Shown in pieces: positions 19,413-28,739 of a stretch of 64,000 nt of DNA. The stretch is from contig CAVQDB010000005.1 of NCBI GenBank assembly GCA_963711155.1, forward strand, positions 1,923,298 to 1,987,297, read 5' to 3'. The notes beneath the pieces are model-generated. The model was not told where the DNA came from, ran no database searches, and was given only the letters and a program-made list of their open reading frames with translations. A program made the position numbers and the translations under genes. Source of the stretch: an uncultured Armatimonadetes bacterium (GTDB taxonomy: Bacteria; Armatimonadota; UBA5829). The first letter of the stretch is position 1; each line of letters opens with the position of its first letter.

Positions 19413-20876
19413 GTGAGTGTAGAAGAAGCTGAGAAGACGAAGCTGGATTCGAACGGCGGTGCGCCGCCCAATGGCGCAGATGGTATCAATGGCCGGCCCG
19501 GTGTGAAGATCGCGCTGAGGGTGATTCTTGCGGTGGCGGTCGTCGTCGGGCTGGTGATCGGAATACGCTATCTGGCCTGGGCGCGCGGCCACGCCTCCAC
19601 GGACGACGCCTACATAACGAGCAACGTGATTCAGATATCGCCGCAAGTGACCGGTACCGTGCAGGCCGTGCCCGTAAAGGACAACCGCCTCGTTAAGAAG
19701 GGCCAGTTGCTTGTCTCGCTCGACGATGCGACCTACCGCGCCGAAGTCGCGAAGGCGCGCGCGGATCTGGCAGTGGCCACCGCGCAGGCTCAGGGGGCCG
19801 GCGTTAGCGTCAATCTCGCCCAGCAGACGGGCAGTGCGCAGATCACGCAGGCTCAGGGCGGGCTTGGACAGGCCCAGAGCGGCATCGGGACCGCAAAGGC
19901 GTCGGTGAGCCAGGCCCAGGCGGCTGTCTCATCCGCAACAGCGAATCACCAGCGCTCCAAAGCAGCCGTGAGCTCGGCGCAGGCGGCCATTGCGACGGCC
20001 AACGCGAACGTGCAGGCGGCGAAGGCGGCCGTCGTCGCGGCCCAGGCGAACTACGATAACGCCGCGCGCGACGCCCGCCGATATGACAATCTTGCCAAGC
20101 AGGGCGCGGGCAGCAGACAGGCGGCGGACAACGCCGAAACCGCCGCCGACTCGGCCAAGGCAGGCCTCGACAGCGCCAAAGAACAGGTCGCGGCCGCACA
20201 GGCCGTCGTTGAGGCCAGAAAGGCGGACCTCAACGCGGCGCGCGAGCAGGTTCGGGCCGCGGAAGCCGCCGTCGGACAGGCCAAGGCCCAGCTCGGTGCG
20301 GCCCAACAGGGCGTGGGTCAGGCCGTCGCTCGCCAGCAGCAGGCGCAGGGCCAACTCAGCCAGGCAAACACCGCCCCGGCTCAGGTCGCGGTAAGCAGGA
20401 CGGCCGAAGCACAAGCCGAGGCCAAAGTCGAGCAGGCCAGGGCCGCGCTGCAAGCTGCCTTGCTTCAGCTCAGCTACTGCCGCATCTACGCGCCGTGCGA
20501 TGGCCGCGTGAGCGCGAAATCGGTGCAGGTCGGGGAGTTCGTGCAGCCGGGAACCCCGCTGATGGCGCTGATCCCGTCATTTGACGCGTGGGTTGTTGCG
20601 AACTTCAAGGAGACGCAACTGAGGGGCGTGAAACCGGGCCGCAAGGCTCAGATCTACGTGGACGCGGTCCCCGGACACAGCCTGCGCGGGCGCGTTGACA
20701 GCATTTCCGCGGGCACCGGCTCAACGTTCGCGCTGCTGCCCCCTGAAAACGCTACCGGCAACTTCGTCAAGGTCGTTCAGCGCGTGCCGGTCAAGATATC
20801 CTTCGACGCCGGGCAGCCCGGTCTCGACAAGCTGCGCGCGGGGATGTCCGTGGTGGCAGTCGTCGAGACAAGGTAA
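19413..20876 (+). CDS. HlyD/EmrA-family membrane fusion protein with expanded Ala/Gln coiled coil
   Basis: TM anchor, STDDAYITSNVIQISPQVTGTV lipoyl-like start, ~250 aa of A/Q-rich heptads, then C-terminal NFVKVVQRVPVKI. Confidence 0.8.
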   Translation: MSVEEAEKTKLDSNGGAPPNGADGINGRPGVKIALRVILAVAVVVGLVIGIRYLAWARGHASTDDAYITSNVIQISPQVTGTVQAVPVKDNRLVKKGQLLVSLDDATYRAEVAKARADLAVATAQAQGAGVSVNLAQQTGSAQITQAQGGLGQAQSGIGTAKASVSQAQAAVSSATANHQRSKAAVSSAQAAIATANANVQAAKAAVVAAQANYDNAARDARRYDNLAKQGAGSRQAADNAETAADSAKAGLDSAKEQVAAAQAVVEARKADLNAAREQVRAAEAAVGQAKAQLGAAQQGVGQAVARQQQAQGQLSQANTAPAQVAVSRTAEAQAEAKVEQARAALQAALLQLSYCRIYAPCDGRVSAKSVQVGEFVQPGTPLMALIPSFDAWVVANFKETQLRGVKPGRKAQIYVDAVPGHSLRGRVDSISAGTGSTFALLPPENATGNFVKVVQRVPVKISFDAGQPGLDKLRAGMSVVAVVETR

Positions 20877-20918
20877 CAGCTTTGGCAACGCAATCCCCAA
20901 CCCCCGGAACAGCCGAAT

Positions 20919-22472
20919 ATGCCGAGTACAGCCAGTACCACGCGTTGGATCATCCTTATCGCGGTGATGCTGGGCACGCTGATGCAGGTGATCGACACCA
21001 GCATCGTCAACGTGGCGATCCCGCAGATGATGGGCAACCTCGGCGCGACTCTGGACCAGATCGGCTGGGTTTCAACCGGCTACATCATCGCAAACGTGAT
21101 CGTTCTGCCGCTGACCGGCTGGCTTTCGTCTACGTTCGGCCGTAAGCGCTACCTGGCCGCGTCGATGATGATCTTCACGGCAGCTTCATTCCTGTGCGGC
21201 ACATCCCACAGTCTGACCGAGCTTATCGTCTATCGCATCCTGCAGGGCGCAGGCGGCGCGGCGCTGCTCTCGACCGCACAGGCCACGATGATGGAGATAT
21301 TCCCGCCGCAGTTGCTGGGGATGGTGCAGGCGATCTACGGCATCGGCATAATGGTGGGGCCGACTGTCGGCCCGACGCTGGGCGGCTGGATAACCGACAA
21401 CTACTCCTGGCCGTGGATATTCTTCATCAACGTCCCCATAGGCATTCTGGCGTCCGTGATGACGTGGGTCTACGTCCACGATTCGCGGCATGAGCGGGCA
21501 AGGGCGGGCATAGATGCTATCGGCATCGGCTTCCTCGCGCTAGGTCTGGGATCGCTGCAGACGGTGCTGGAGAAGGGCAACCGCGAGGACTGGTTCCACT
21601 CGAACTTCATCGCAACGCTGGCGTTCTTGGCTGTTGCCGGCCTGATCGCGTTCGTCACATGGGAACTGCGGATCAAACACCCAGCGGTAAACCTGCGCAT
21701 TCTCAAGGATCGAGGGTTCGCGGCGGGCACAATCATCGCCACCGTCGTGGGGTTCGGCTTGTATGGCGGCATATTCATCCTCCCGGTATATCTGCAGCAG
21801 CTCAGGGGTTACTCGGCCTGGCAAACCGGGTGGATCGTCTTCCCAGGCGCGGCAGCTACCGCCGTAGTCATGCCGTTCATAGGGCACATCGTAAGCAGGT
21901 TCTCGCCGAGGAGGCTGGTGGGAGTGGGCGTGATCGCGTTCATCGTGTCAATGTACTGGCTCAGGACGCTGACTCTGAGCACCGGCCCGGAGCACATGTT
22001 CTGGCCGCTGGTGGTTCGCGGCGCCGCGATGGGATTCCTGTTCGTGCCGCTCACACTGGCCACCCTGCTCAGCATATCCCCAAAGAACATGGCCGATGGA
22101 ACAGGGCTTTTCAACCTCTTCCGGCAGCTTGGCGGCAGCGCGGGGATAGCGTTTCTGGCGACTTTTGTCGATCACCGCGCCGATATGCATCGCACCACCC
22201 TTGTCGAGCATATCAGCGCCTACAATCCGGTCGCGATGCAGCGGCTGAGCAGCGCGCAGCACTGGTTGATGACCAAGGGGTATACCGCGCCAATGGCAAA
22301 GCAGAAGGCGCTCGGGCTGTTCGACCGAATGGTCCAGGGGCAGGCAATGGTGATGTCGTTTGGGGACGCGTTCCTCATGACCGGGATCATTTTCGCGTGC
22401 GTGCTCCCGCTGCTTCTGCTGTTCAAGAAGGGCCGTATCAAAGCGATGTCCGGCCCCCCGGCCGCGGAGTAA
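20919..22472 (+). CDS. MFS DHA2 (EmrB/QacA) drug:H+ antiporter, 14 TM
   Basis: LDTSIVNVAIPQM, GWLSSTFGRKR and WPWIFFINVPIG motifs. 517 aa. Confidence 0.85.
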   Translation: MPSTASTTRWIILIAVMLGTLMQVIDTSIVNVAIPQMMGNLGATLDQIGWVSTGYIIANVIVLPLTGWLSSTFGRKRYLAASMMIFTAASFLCGTSHSLTELIVYRILQGAGGAALLSTAQATMMEIFPPQLLGMVQAIYGIGIMVGPTVGPTLGGWITDNYSWPWIFFINVPIGILASVMTWVYVHDSRHERARAGIDAIGIGFLALGLGSLQTVLEKGNREDWFHSNFIATLAFLAVAGLIAFVTWELRIKHPAVNLRILKDRGFAAGTIIATVVGFGLYGGIFILPVYLQQLRGYSAWQTGWIVFPGAAATAVVMPFIGHIVSRFSPRRLVGVGVIAFIVSMYWLRTLTLSTGPEHMFWPLVVRGAAMGFLFVPLTLATLLSISPKNMADGTGLFNLFRQLGGSAGIAFLATFVDHRADMHRTTLVEHISAYNPVAMQRLSSAQHWLMTKGYTAPMAKQKALGLFDRMVQGQAMVMSFGDAFLMTGIIFACVLPLLLLFKKGRIKAMSGPPAAE

Positions 22473-22551
22473 CGCATTGACAATTTCCGATTGACGATCT
22501 ACGATTTACCAAGCCAACCACGGGTCACAAGTCGTCAATCGTCAATAGCAA

Positions 22552-24717
22552 ATGAGCAAACCTGCTGCCGACAAGCCCGCATCCGTTCCGCGTCCGCGTT
22601 CGCTGGACACTGAGGTCCAGTATGTGAAGGGCGTCGGGCCGCGGATCGCCGGCATGCTCGTCAAGCTCAACATTGGCACCGCCGGCGACCTGCTCCACCA
22701 CTTCCCCCGCCGCTACGAGGATCGCACCCACTTCGCCAGGGTCGCAAGCCTCCAGCACGGCGAGACCGCAACCGTTCGCGGCACCGTACTTGGCGCCGAC
22801 AACGTCTCCACCCGAGGGCGACTCGTTCTCACGAAGGTGGTCATCGATGACGGAACCGGCTCGCTTGTGCTAACGTGGTTCAACCAGAAGTTCCGCAAGG
22901 AGCAGTTCACCAAGCTGCGCGGACGCGAGATCGTCGCGTATGGGACCGTGCAGGCGGGTAGGTGGGGCGTGGAGATGCCCTCGCCTGAGGTCGAGATCTT
23001 CTCAGAACAGGGCGACCCGCTGTCAACGGGGCGCGTGGTACCGGTCTATCCGCTCACGGAAGGCCTTTTCCAGATCACGCTGCGCAAGGTCATCTACGGC
23101 ATGCTGGACGCGTATCTCCCGCTCATCGAGGAGACGCTGCCGGAGGACCTGCGCAACCGGCTCGACCTGATGGACGCGCAGGAGGCGATCCGCAACATAC
23201 ATTTCCCCGAGAGCGATGAGGCTCGTCTGGCGGCGCGGAAGCGATTGGTGTTCGAAGAGCTGTTCCTGCTGCAGCTTGCGCTCGCGATGAGAAAGCGCGG
23301 GATCGAGGCGCCCGGGCAGGGGATTGCGTTCAACATCCCGCCCGATCTCAAGGATCAACTGCGAAAGATACTGCCGTTCGAGCTCACGAACGCGCAGAAG
23401 AAGGTGATCAAGGAGATCGCCAACGATATGGCGCGGCCGGTGTGCATGAACCGGCTCCTGCAGGGCGACGTCGGCTCGGGCAAGACCGCGGTCGCGCTGG
23501 CGGCGATGCTGATCGCCGCGGCGAACGGCTACCAGTCCGCGCTGATGGCCCCGACCGAGATCCTCGCCGAGCAGCATTATATGGGCATTTCGCGATTGCT
23601 GGCACGCGCGGAAAATGGGGACAGTCCACCCGCTCCGCTTGGGACAGTCCCCATTTTCCCGAGCATTCGCGTCGATCTGCTTACCGGCAGCCTGCGCAGC
23701 GCGCACCGGCGGCAGGTCAACGAACGCATCGCGTCCGGCCAGACGCAGATCGTCATAGGCACGCACGCGCTGATTCAGGAGGGCGTGGAGTTCCACAAGC
23801 TGGGGCTGGTGATCGTTGACGAGCAGCACCGCTTCGGCGTGATGCAGCGGGCGGCGCTCATGGAAAAGGGCCTGATGCCCGACATGCTGGTCATGACCGC
23901 CACGCCGATCCCGCGCACGCTCACATTGACCGTCTACGGCGACCTCGACGTCTCGGTCATCGACGAGCTTCCGCCCGGCCGAAAGCCGATCAAGACCCAC
24001 TGGAAGCAGATCGGCGAGCGGCGAAAGGTCTACGCGGCGCTGCGGACGCTGATCGACCAGGGCAGGCAGGCCTACGTCGTCTGCCCGCTGATCGAGGAGA
24101 GCGACAAGCTGCAGGTGCAGGCCGCAACCGAGCTTGCCGAATTCCTGCAGACCGAGGTCTTCCCCGACATCAAGATCGGCCTGCTGCACGGCGGCATGAA
24201 GTCGGATGAGAAGGACGCCGTGATGACCGCGTTCAGAAGCGGCGAGGTGAATATCCTCGTCTCGACCACGGTGATCGAGGTGGGCGTTGACGTAGCGAAC
24301 GCCACAGTGATGGTGATCGAGGACGCCGACAGATTCGGGCTCGCTCAATTGCATCAACTCAGAGGAAGAGTCGGGCGCGGTGACGAACAGTCATATTGCG
24401 TGATGATCTGCGAGGGCAACAGCCAGGACTCGATCAAGCGCATGACGACGATGGCGCAGACCAACGACGGGTTCGTCATCGCCGAGAAGGATCTCGAACT
24501 GCGTGGCCCCGGCGAGTTCTACGGGACCAAGCAGAGCGGAATGCCCGAGCTGACGCTGGCGGACATCTTACACGACATACCGATACTCGAACTCGCCCGC
24601 AAAGAGGCGTTCGCGATAATCGACAAGGACCCGAATCTTTCGGCGGAGGCGTTCGGCAGGCTCCGCCGCGATCTGATCAAGAAGTACGAGGCGTTTGAGC
24701 TGGTGACGGTGAGCTGA
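22552..24717 (+). CDS. recG: ATP-dependent DNA helicase RecG
   Basis: Wedge domain, LLQGDVGSGKTAVA, VIVDEQHRFGV, MTATPIPRTL and QLHQLRGRVGRG motifs. 721 aa. Confidence 0.9.
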   Translation: MSKPAADKPASVPRPRSLDTEVQYVKGVGPRIAGMLVKLNIGTAGDLLHHFPRRYEDRTHFARVASLQHGETATVRGTVLGADNVSTRGRLVLTKVVIDDGTGSLVLTWFNQKFRKEQFTKLRGREIVAYGTVQAGRWGVEMPSPEVEIFSEQGDPLSTGRVVPVYPLTEGLFQITLRKVIYGMLDAYLPLIEETLPEDLRNRLDLMDAQEAIRNIHFPESDEARLAARKRLVFEELFLLQLALAMRKRGIEAPGQGIAFNIPPDLKDQLRKILPFELTNAQKKVIKEIANDMARPVCMNRLLQGDVGSGKTAVALAAMLIAAANGYQSALMAPTEILAEQHYMGISRLLARAENGDSPPAPLGTVPIFPSIRVDLLTGSLRSAHRRQVNERIASGQTQIVIGTHALIQEGVEFHKLGLVIVDEQHRFGVMQRAALMEKGLMPDMLVMTATPIPRTLTLTVYGDLDVSVIDELPPGRKPIKTHWKQIGERRKVYAALRTLIDQGRQAYVVCPLIEESDKLQVQAATELAEFLQTEVFPDIKIGLLHGGMKSDEKDAVMTAFRSGEVNILVSTTVIEVGVDVANATVMVIEDADRFGLAQLHQLRGRVGRGDEQSYCVMICEGNSQDSIKRMTTMAQTNDGFVIAEKDLELRGPGEFYGTKQSGMPELTLADILHDIPILELARKEAFAIIDKDPNLSAEAFGRLRRDLIKKYEAFELVTVS
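23611..23658. repeat. 48-nt palindrome inserted in-frame in recG
   Basis: GAAAATGGGGACAGTCC, 14-nt loop, GGACAGTCCCCATTTTC (one mismatch). Exactly 16 codons within ARAENGDSPPAPLGTVPIFPS. Confidence 0.8.
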
Positions 24718-24746
24718 GCCTCAGAACATGCGCAGGAGAAGCGAGA

Positions 24747-25745
24747 TTGAAGAACAACCCACTCCCGCGGTTGGATATTGATAGCGAGACAAGGGACAAG
24801 TTGCTGCCGTTGTGCAGGCTAGAGCCAGGCGATATCTGGACGGATCCAGAAGAACGCCACAAGGTAGCCTGCGTGGACGCGGGTGACTCCGAAGCGATTC
24901 TGCGGTTGATGCAAGGTGATCTCGCGCAACTCGCCGTACAGGATCCACCCTACAACCTTGTGGCATTCGAGGAGAGACACATCCGCGAGTTCATCAACTG
25001 GTGTGAGACGTGGGTACGTAACTCATCCCGTGTTCTTGCACTAGACTCATCATTCTATGTGTGGCTAGGCGCGGATCAGAACAATGCTTTCCAGCCGCTG
25101 CCTGACTTCATGATTATGATGCGGGACTTCGATGAGTTTTCTTCTCGATCGTTCATGACCATGCGTAACCAAAGGGGATATGGAACACAGCGCAACTGGA
25201 TGGCTGTGCGCCAAGAGCTCCTGTATTACACAAAAGGGAACCCCCCTTTCGAGGTCCAGTATACAGACATACCAAAGATACTGCGCGGTTACTACAAGGA
25301 TGTAAACGGAAACACCACGGAGAATCTCGAGCGCAGCAAGTCGGAGAATATACGCGCCGGAAACGTCTGGGTCGATATACAGCAGGTCTTCTACCGCCTG
25401 GAGGAAAACGTATCAGGCTGCTACGCGCAGAAGCCGCTCAAAGCCATTGAGCGAGTTGTTCTTGCGAGTTCCAGCCCCGGTGATCTCGTTGTCGATTTCT
25501 TCGCGCATTCCGGCACGACGCTGCTGGCTTGCGAGAGGCTGAAGCGGCGCTGCTATACCGGAGACATTGATCCTGTCTATTGCGAGATCGCGATACGGCG
25601 GCTTGAACGCTATCGACACTTCGGCCGTACGGGATGGCAGAATGGCCACCCGTTCGAAGATGAGTTCACTAGCATATTGGGGCGTGAAGCGTCGAGCCTG
25701 GATCCCGTTGGCAGAGACGTGAGTCCTCAGACAGCACTATTCTAG
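24747..25745 (+). CDS. beta-class N6-adenine/N4-cytosine DNA methyltransferase
   Basis: VQDPPYNL (motif IV) precedes VVDFFAHSGTTLLACERL (motif I). Visibly lower GC than the flanking genes. Confidence 0.8.
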   Translation: MKNNPLPRLDIDSETRDKLLPLCRLEPGDIWTDPEERHKVACVDAGDSEAILRLMQGDLAQLAVQDPPYNLVAFEERHIREFINWCETWVRNSSRVLALDSSFYVWLGADQNNAFQPLPDFMIMMRDFDEFSSRSFMTMRNQRGYGTQRNWMAVRQELLYYTKGNPPFEVQYTDIPKILRGYYKDVNGNTTENLERSKSENIRAGNVWVDIQQVFYRLEENVSGCYAQKPLKAIERVVLASSSPGDLVVDFFAHSGTTLLACERLKRRCYTGDIDPVYCEIAIRRLERYRHFGRTGWQNGHPFEDEFTSILGREASSLDPVGRDVSPQTALF

Positions 25746-25752
25746 GAGCGAG

Positions 25753-26496
25753 ATGGAGAAGCTACGCGCTAAGCTCAACGACCTGATATCCGAGCTGGAG
25801 GATGCCAACGACATCTTGGAACGGCTTGCCGAGTTGACATCCGTCTACCCGTTCAACGAGTACGAGTATATGATCTCCACTCTCCTGGGTAGGGGCAAGC
25901 TCTGCCTTGACGACTACTATGAACTGAGAGATGACTATATTGCTCGCAACCTGTACCTCTATGTATTTGAGATTAGCGCGCCTCGCGGTTTCGGGGAGGC
26001 GTGGGCACAGGGGCATCTCAAGGAACTAGTGCCCGAACTCGTAAAGCCCTCGAAGAAGCTCGATCCCGACTATTCCGGTGACTATGATTTCTACCTCGAC
26101 AATCACATACGGATTGAAGTGAAGGCATCGCGGGCCGTGGCGTTCAGAACGGACGAGCCGCTGTACGTCAAGGCGTTGGCCTCTGACTCAGGTGAGCAGT
26201 TCGACATGAACTTCCAGCAGGTGAAGTGCCGCTGTTGCGATGTGTTCGTGTGGATCGCCGTGTGGCGCGATCTGATTCGATACTGGGTACTGAACTGCCG
26301 AGAGCTGGAATCCAACCGCTACTTCTCCAACGGTCAGCACCGTGGCAATGTAGGCGAGGGCCAGCTCCATCTGAACCGCGATAATATCGATCACTTCTCG
26401 GAATACGAGGCTCGCCCGCGGGATCTACTAGACGCGATAAGAGCGGCCCATGGACGTTTGAACGCAAATGAAAGCAATCTATCCCGGCAGCTTTGA
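25753..26496 (+). CDS. hypothetical protein, candidate PD-(D/E)XK restriction endonuclease partner
   Basis: DFYLDNHIRIEVKASRA fits the D...(D/E)XK pattern. 8 nt after the MTase stop and lower in GC. Overlaps the coaD start by 29 nt. Confidence 0.4.
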   Translation: MEKLRAKLNDLISELEDANDILERLAELTSVYPFNEYEYMISTLLGRGKLCLDDYYELRDDYIARNLYLYVFEISAPRGFGEAWAQGHLKELVPELVKPSKKLDPDYSGDYDFYLDNHIRIEVKASRAVAFRTDEPLYVKALASDSGEQFDMNFQQVKCRCCDVFVWIAVWRDLIRYWVLNCRELESNRYFSNGQHRGNVGEGQLHLNRDNIDHFSEYEARPRDLLDAIRAAHGRLNANESNLSRQL

Positions 26497-26947
26497 CCCC
26501 GTTACCAACGGGCACATGGACATAATCGAGCGCGCGGCCAAGGTCTTCGACGAGGTCGTAGTGGCGGTTGCCGTCAACCTCGAAAAGGAGCCGATGTTTT
26601 CGGCCGAAGAAAGAGTCGAACTTCTCCAAAAAGCATGTAGACACTTAGCCAATGTTAGAGTAGACTATTTCCACGGCCTGACAGTCAGTTACGCCCGCAA
26701 GGAAGGGGCGGATATTGTCATCAAGGGCCTGAGGGCGGTTTCGGACTTCGAGATCGAGCTTCAGCAGGCGCTCATGAACAAGCGCCTCGACGGCAGCGTG
26801 GAGACGATGTTCATGATGACCAGCGCGGAGCACCTGTTCCTGAGCTCCAGCATGGTCAAGCAGCTTGCGGAGTTCCGCGCATCGATAACCGGCCTGGTCC
26901 CGCCCGTGGTGGAAGAAAGCTTACTCGCAAAGATCAAAGGGAGTTGA
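26468..26947 (+). CDS. coaD: phosphopantetheine adenylyltransferase
   Basis: MKAIYPGSFDPVTNGHMDIIERA...SSSMVKQ is canonical CoaD. Confidence 0.9.
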   Translation: MKAIYPGSFDPVTNGHMDIIERAAKVFDEVVVAVAVNLEKEPMFSAEERVELLQKACRHLANVRVDYFHGLTVSYARKEGADIVIKGLRAVSDFEIELQQALMNKRLDGSVETMFMMTSAEHLFLSSSMVKQLAEFRASITGLVPPVVEESLLAKIKGS

Positions 26948-27006
26948 TGGTATGGGGTCCCTCAACCCTAGACCATCAACCCTCAACCAGCAGGGAGAGC
27001 ACGAAA

Positions 27007-27597
27007 ATGAGTGACGAACGGATTGTGGTGCAGAGACCATCTTTCATGAGCGGCAGGGGTTCTCAGGAGGACATCCTGAAACTGCTTGACGGTCTGGAAG
27101 AACTGGCGGAAAACGCATACTCGTTCTTCGGCAAAGCGTGGGGCATCGACCTCGAAGAGTTCCACATGCACACCAACAAGATTCGCGCGTCCCTGCCGGA
27201 TGAAGTGCGCAGGGCCAGTCGCGTCGCAAACGACAGCGACAAGATCGTCTCCGCCGCAAAGGAAGAGGCGGCGGTGATCACCGAGCGCGCCAGCGAGGAG
27301 GCGAACCGCGTCGTCGAAGAAGCCCGTCAGATGGCGGCAAAGCTGATAGATACGAGCGAGATCAATAAGCTTGCAAAGACCCAGGCGCAGGACATTCTCT
27401 CCCATGCCGACGCCTCCGCCCGCGAAGTCCGCCGTGGCGCGGACGAGTATGCCCGCGAAGTCCTTGCCACCATCGAGAATCATCTGGCCACCGTTATGGG
27501 TACCCTGCAGAAGGGCCGCGAGAAGCTGGAAGTGCGAATAACCACGCAGCAGACGGCCGAACCCGTCATTCCGACCGGACGCGGCGTCAGAAGGTAA
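27007..27597 (+). CDS. hypothetical coiled-coil protein (weak ATP-synthase-b/V-ATPase-G-like flavour)
   Basis: ATG at 27007 (MSDERIVV) inside ORF 26944..27597. Charged A/E/R-rich helices. No confident family. Confidence 0.4.
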   Translation: MSDERIVVQRPSFMSGRGSQEDILKLLDGLEELAENAYSFFGKAWGIDLEEFHMHTNKIRASLPDEVRRASRVANDSDKIVSAAKEEAAVITERASEEANRVVEEARQMAAKLIDTSEINKLAKTQAQDILSHADASAREVRRGADEYAREVLATIENHLATVMGTLQKGREKLEVRITTQQTAEPVIPTGRGVRR

Positions 27598-27718
27598 TTG
27601 CGAATTACGAATTACTAGTTGCGAGTTACGAATCGCCTAGTGTCATGCTGAACTTGATTCAGCATCCAGGCCTGGATCCCGAAACCAGTTCAGGATGACA
27701 CGATTCGTAACTCGTAAC
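27598..27718. repeat. composite element: TACGAAT-word inverted arms enclosing a REP-like double hairpin
   Basis: Left arm ttgcgaattacgaattactagttgcgagttacgaatcg. Cargo 27640..27701 is gtgtcaTGCTGAActtgatTCAGCA...CCCGAAaccagTTCAGGatgacac. Right arm cgattcgtaactcgtaac. Confidence 0.7.
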
Positions 27719-27740
27719 TGTGAGTACAGGGGGAAGTGAT

Positions 27741-28739
27741 ATGCCGAATGTGATGGAGACGATCTACGCCAAGGCCAGGGCCGCCACAAAGCGCGTTGTG
27801 CTGCCGGAGGCTGATGATGTGAGGACCGTCGCCGCGGCCCAGAAGATAGTTGAGCGCGGTCTGGCCCAGGTGGTACTGGTCAGCGAGGAGGACAAGATCG
27901 CGGCTGCGTGCAAGGCGTCCGGCGCGGACGTGTCCGGCTGCAGAATCGTCGATCCGGTCAAGTCGCCACTGCGAGACGAATACGCTAAGGCGTTCTACGA
28001 ACTTCGAAAGGCAAAGGGCATCACAGAGCAGCAGGCGCACGAGATCGTCGCCGACCCGCTCTATTTCGGCTGCATGATGGTCTACTCCGACGAGGCCGAC
28101 GGGCAGGTCTCCGGCGCGACGCACGCGACCTCCGACACGGTCCGCCCCGCGCTGCAGATCCTCAAGACCGCGCCGGGGTGCAAGATCGCGTCGAGCTTCT
28201 TCGTAATGATCGTCCCGGACTGCGAATACGGCGAGAACGGCGTCTTCATCTACGCGGACTCCGGCCTCGTCATCAACCCCAACGCCGACGAACTCGCCGA
28301 GATCGCCATCCAGAGCGCGAAGACGATGCGCACACTGCTCGGCTTCGAGCCGCGAGTGGCGATGCTGTGCTTCTCGACCAAGGGCAGCGCGTCCGATCCG
28401 ATCGCGGACAAGGTGATCGAGGCCACCAGGATCGCCAAGGAGCGCGCGCCGGAGCTGCTCATCGACGGCGAGCTTCAGGGCGACGCGGCCCTGGTCGATT
28501 GGATCGGCAAGAAGAAGGCGCCCGGAAGTCCTGTCGCGGGCAGAGCGAACGTTCTGATTTTCCCTGACCTCAATGCAGGTAATATATGCTACAAGCTGAC
28601 GGAGAGGCTGGCGAAGGCCGAGGCCTACGGCCCGGTCCTTCAGGGCATCCGCAGGCCCGTCAATGACCTCTCCAGAGGCTGCGATGTGGAAGACATAGTC
28701 AACGTCGCCGCGATTACCGCGGTGCAAGCGATAGAATGA
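27741..28739 (+). CDS. pta: phosphate acetyltransferase
   Basis: VVLPEADDVRTV...SGATHATSDTVRPALQI...IFPDLNAGNICYKL. ATG 27741 inside ORF 27720..28739. Confidence 0.9.
   Translation: MPNVMETIYAKARAATKRVVLPEADDVRTVAAAQKIVERGLAQVVLVSEEDKIAAACKASGADVSGCRIVDPVKSPLRDEYAKAFYELRKAKGITEQQAHEIVADPLYFGCMMVYSDEADGQVSGATHATSDTVRPALQILKTAPGCKIASSFFVMIVPDCEYGENGVFIYADSGLVINPNADELAEIAIQSAKTMRTLLGFEPRVAMLCFSTKGSASDPIADKVIEATRIAKERAPELLIDGELQGDAALVDWIGKKKAPGSPVAGRANVLIFPDLNAGNICYKLTERLAKAEAYGPVLQGIRRPVNDLSRGCDVEDIVNVAAITAVQAIE

Noticed and set aside
26944-27006. N-terminal extension of the coiled-coil protein (MMVWGPSTLDHQPSTSRESTK) overlapping the coaD stop
   Set aside because: It has no RBS and an odd composition. 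ATG 27007 gives a cleaner start, so the extension is treated as non-coding.
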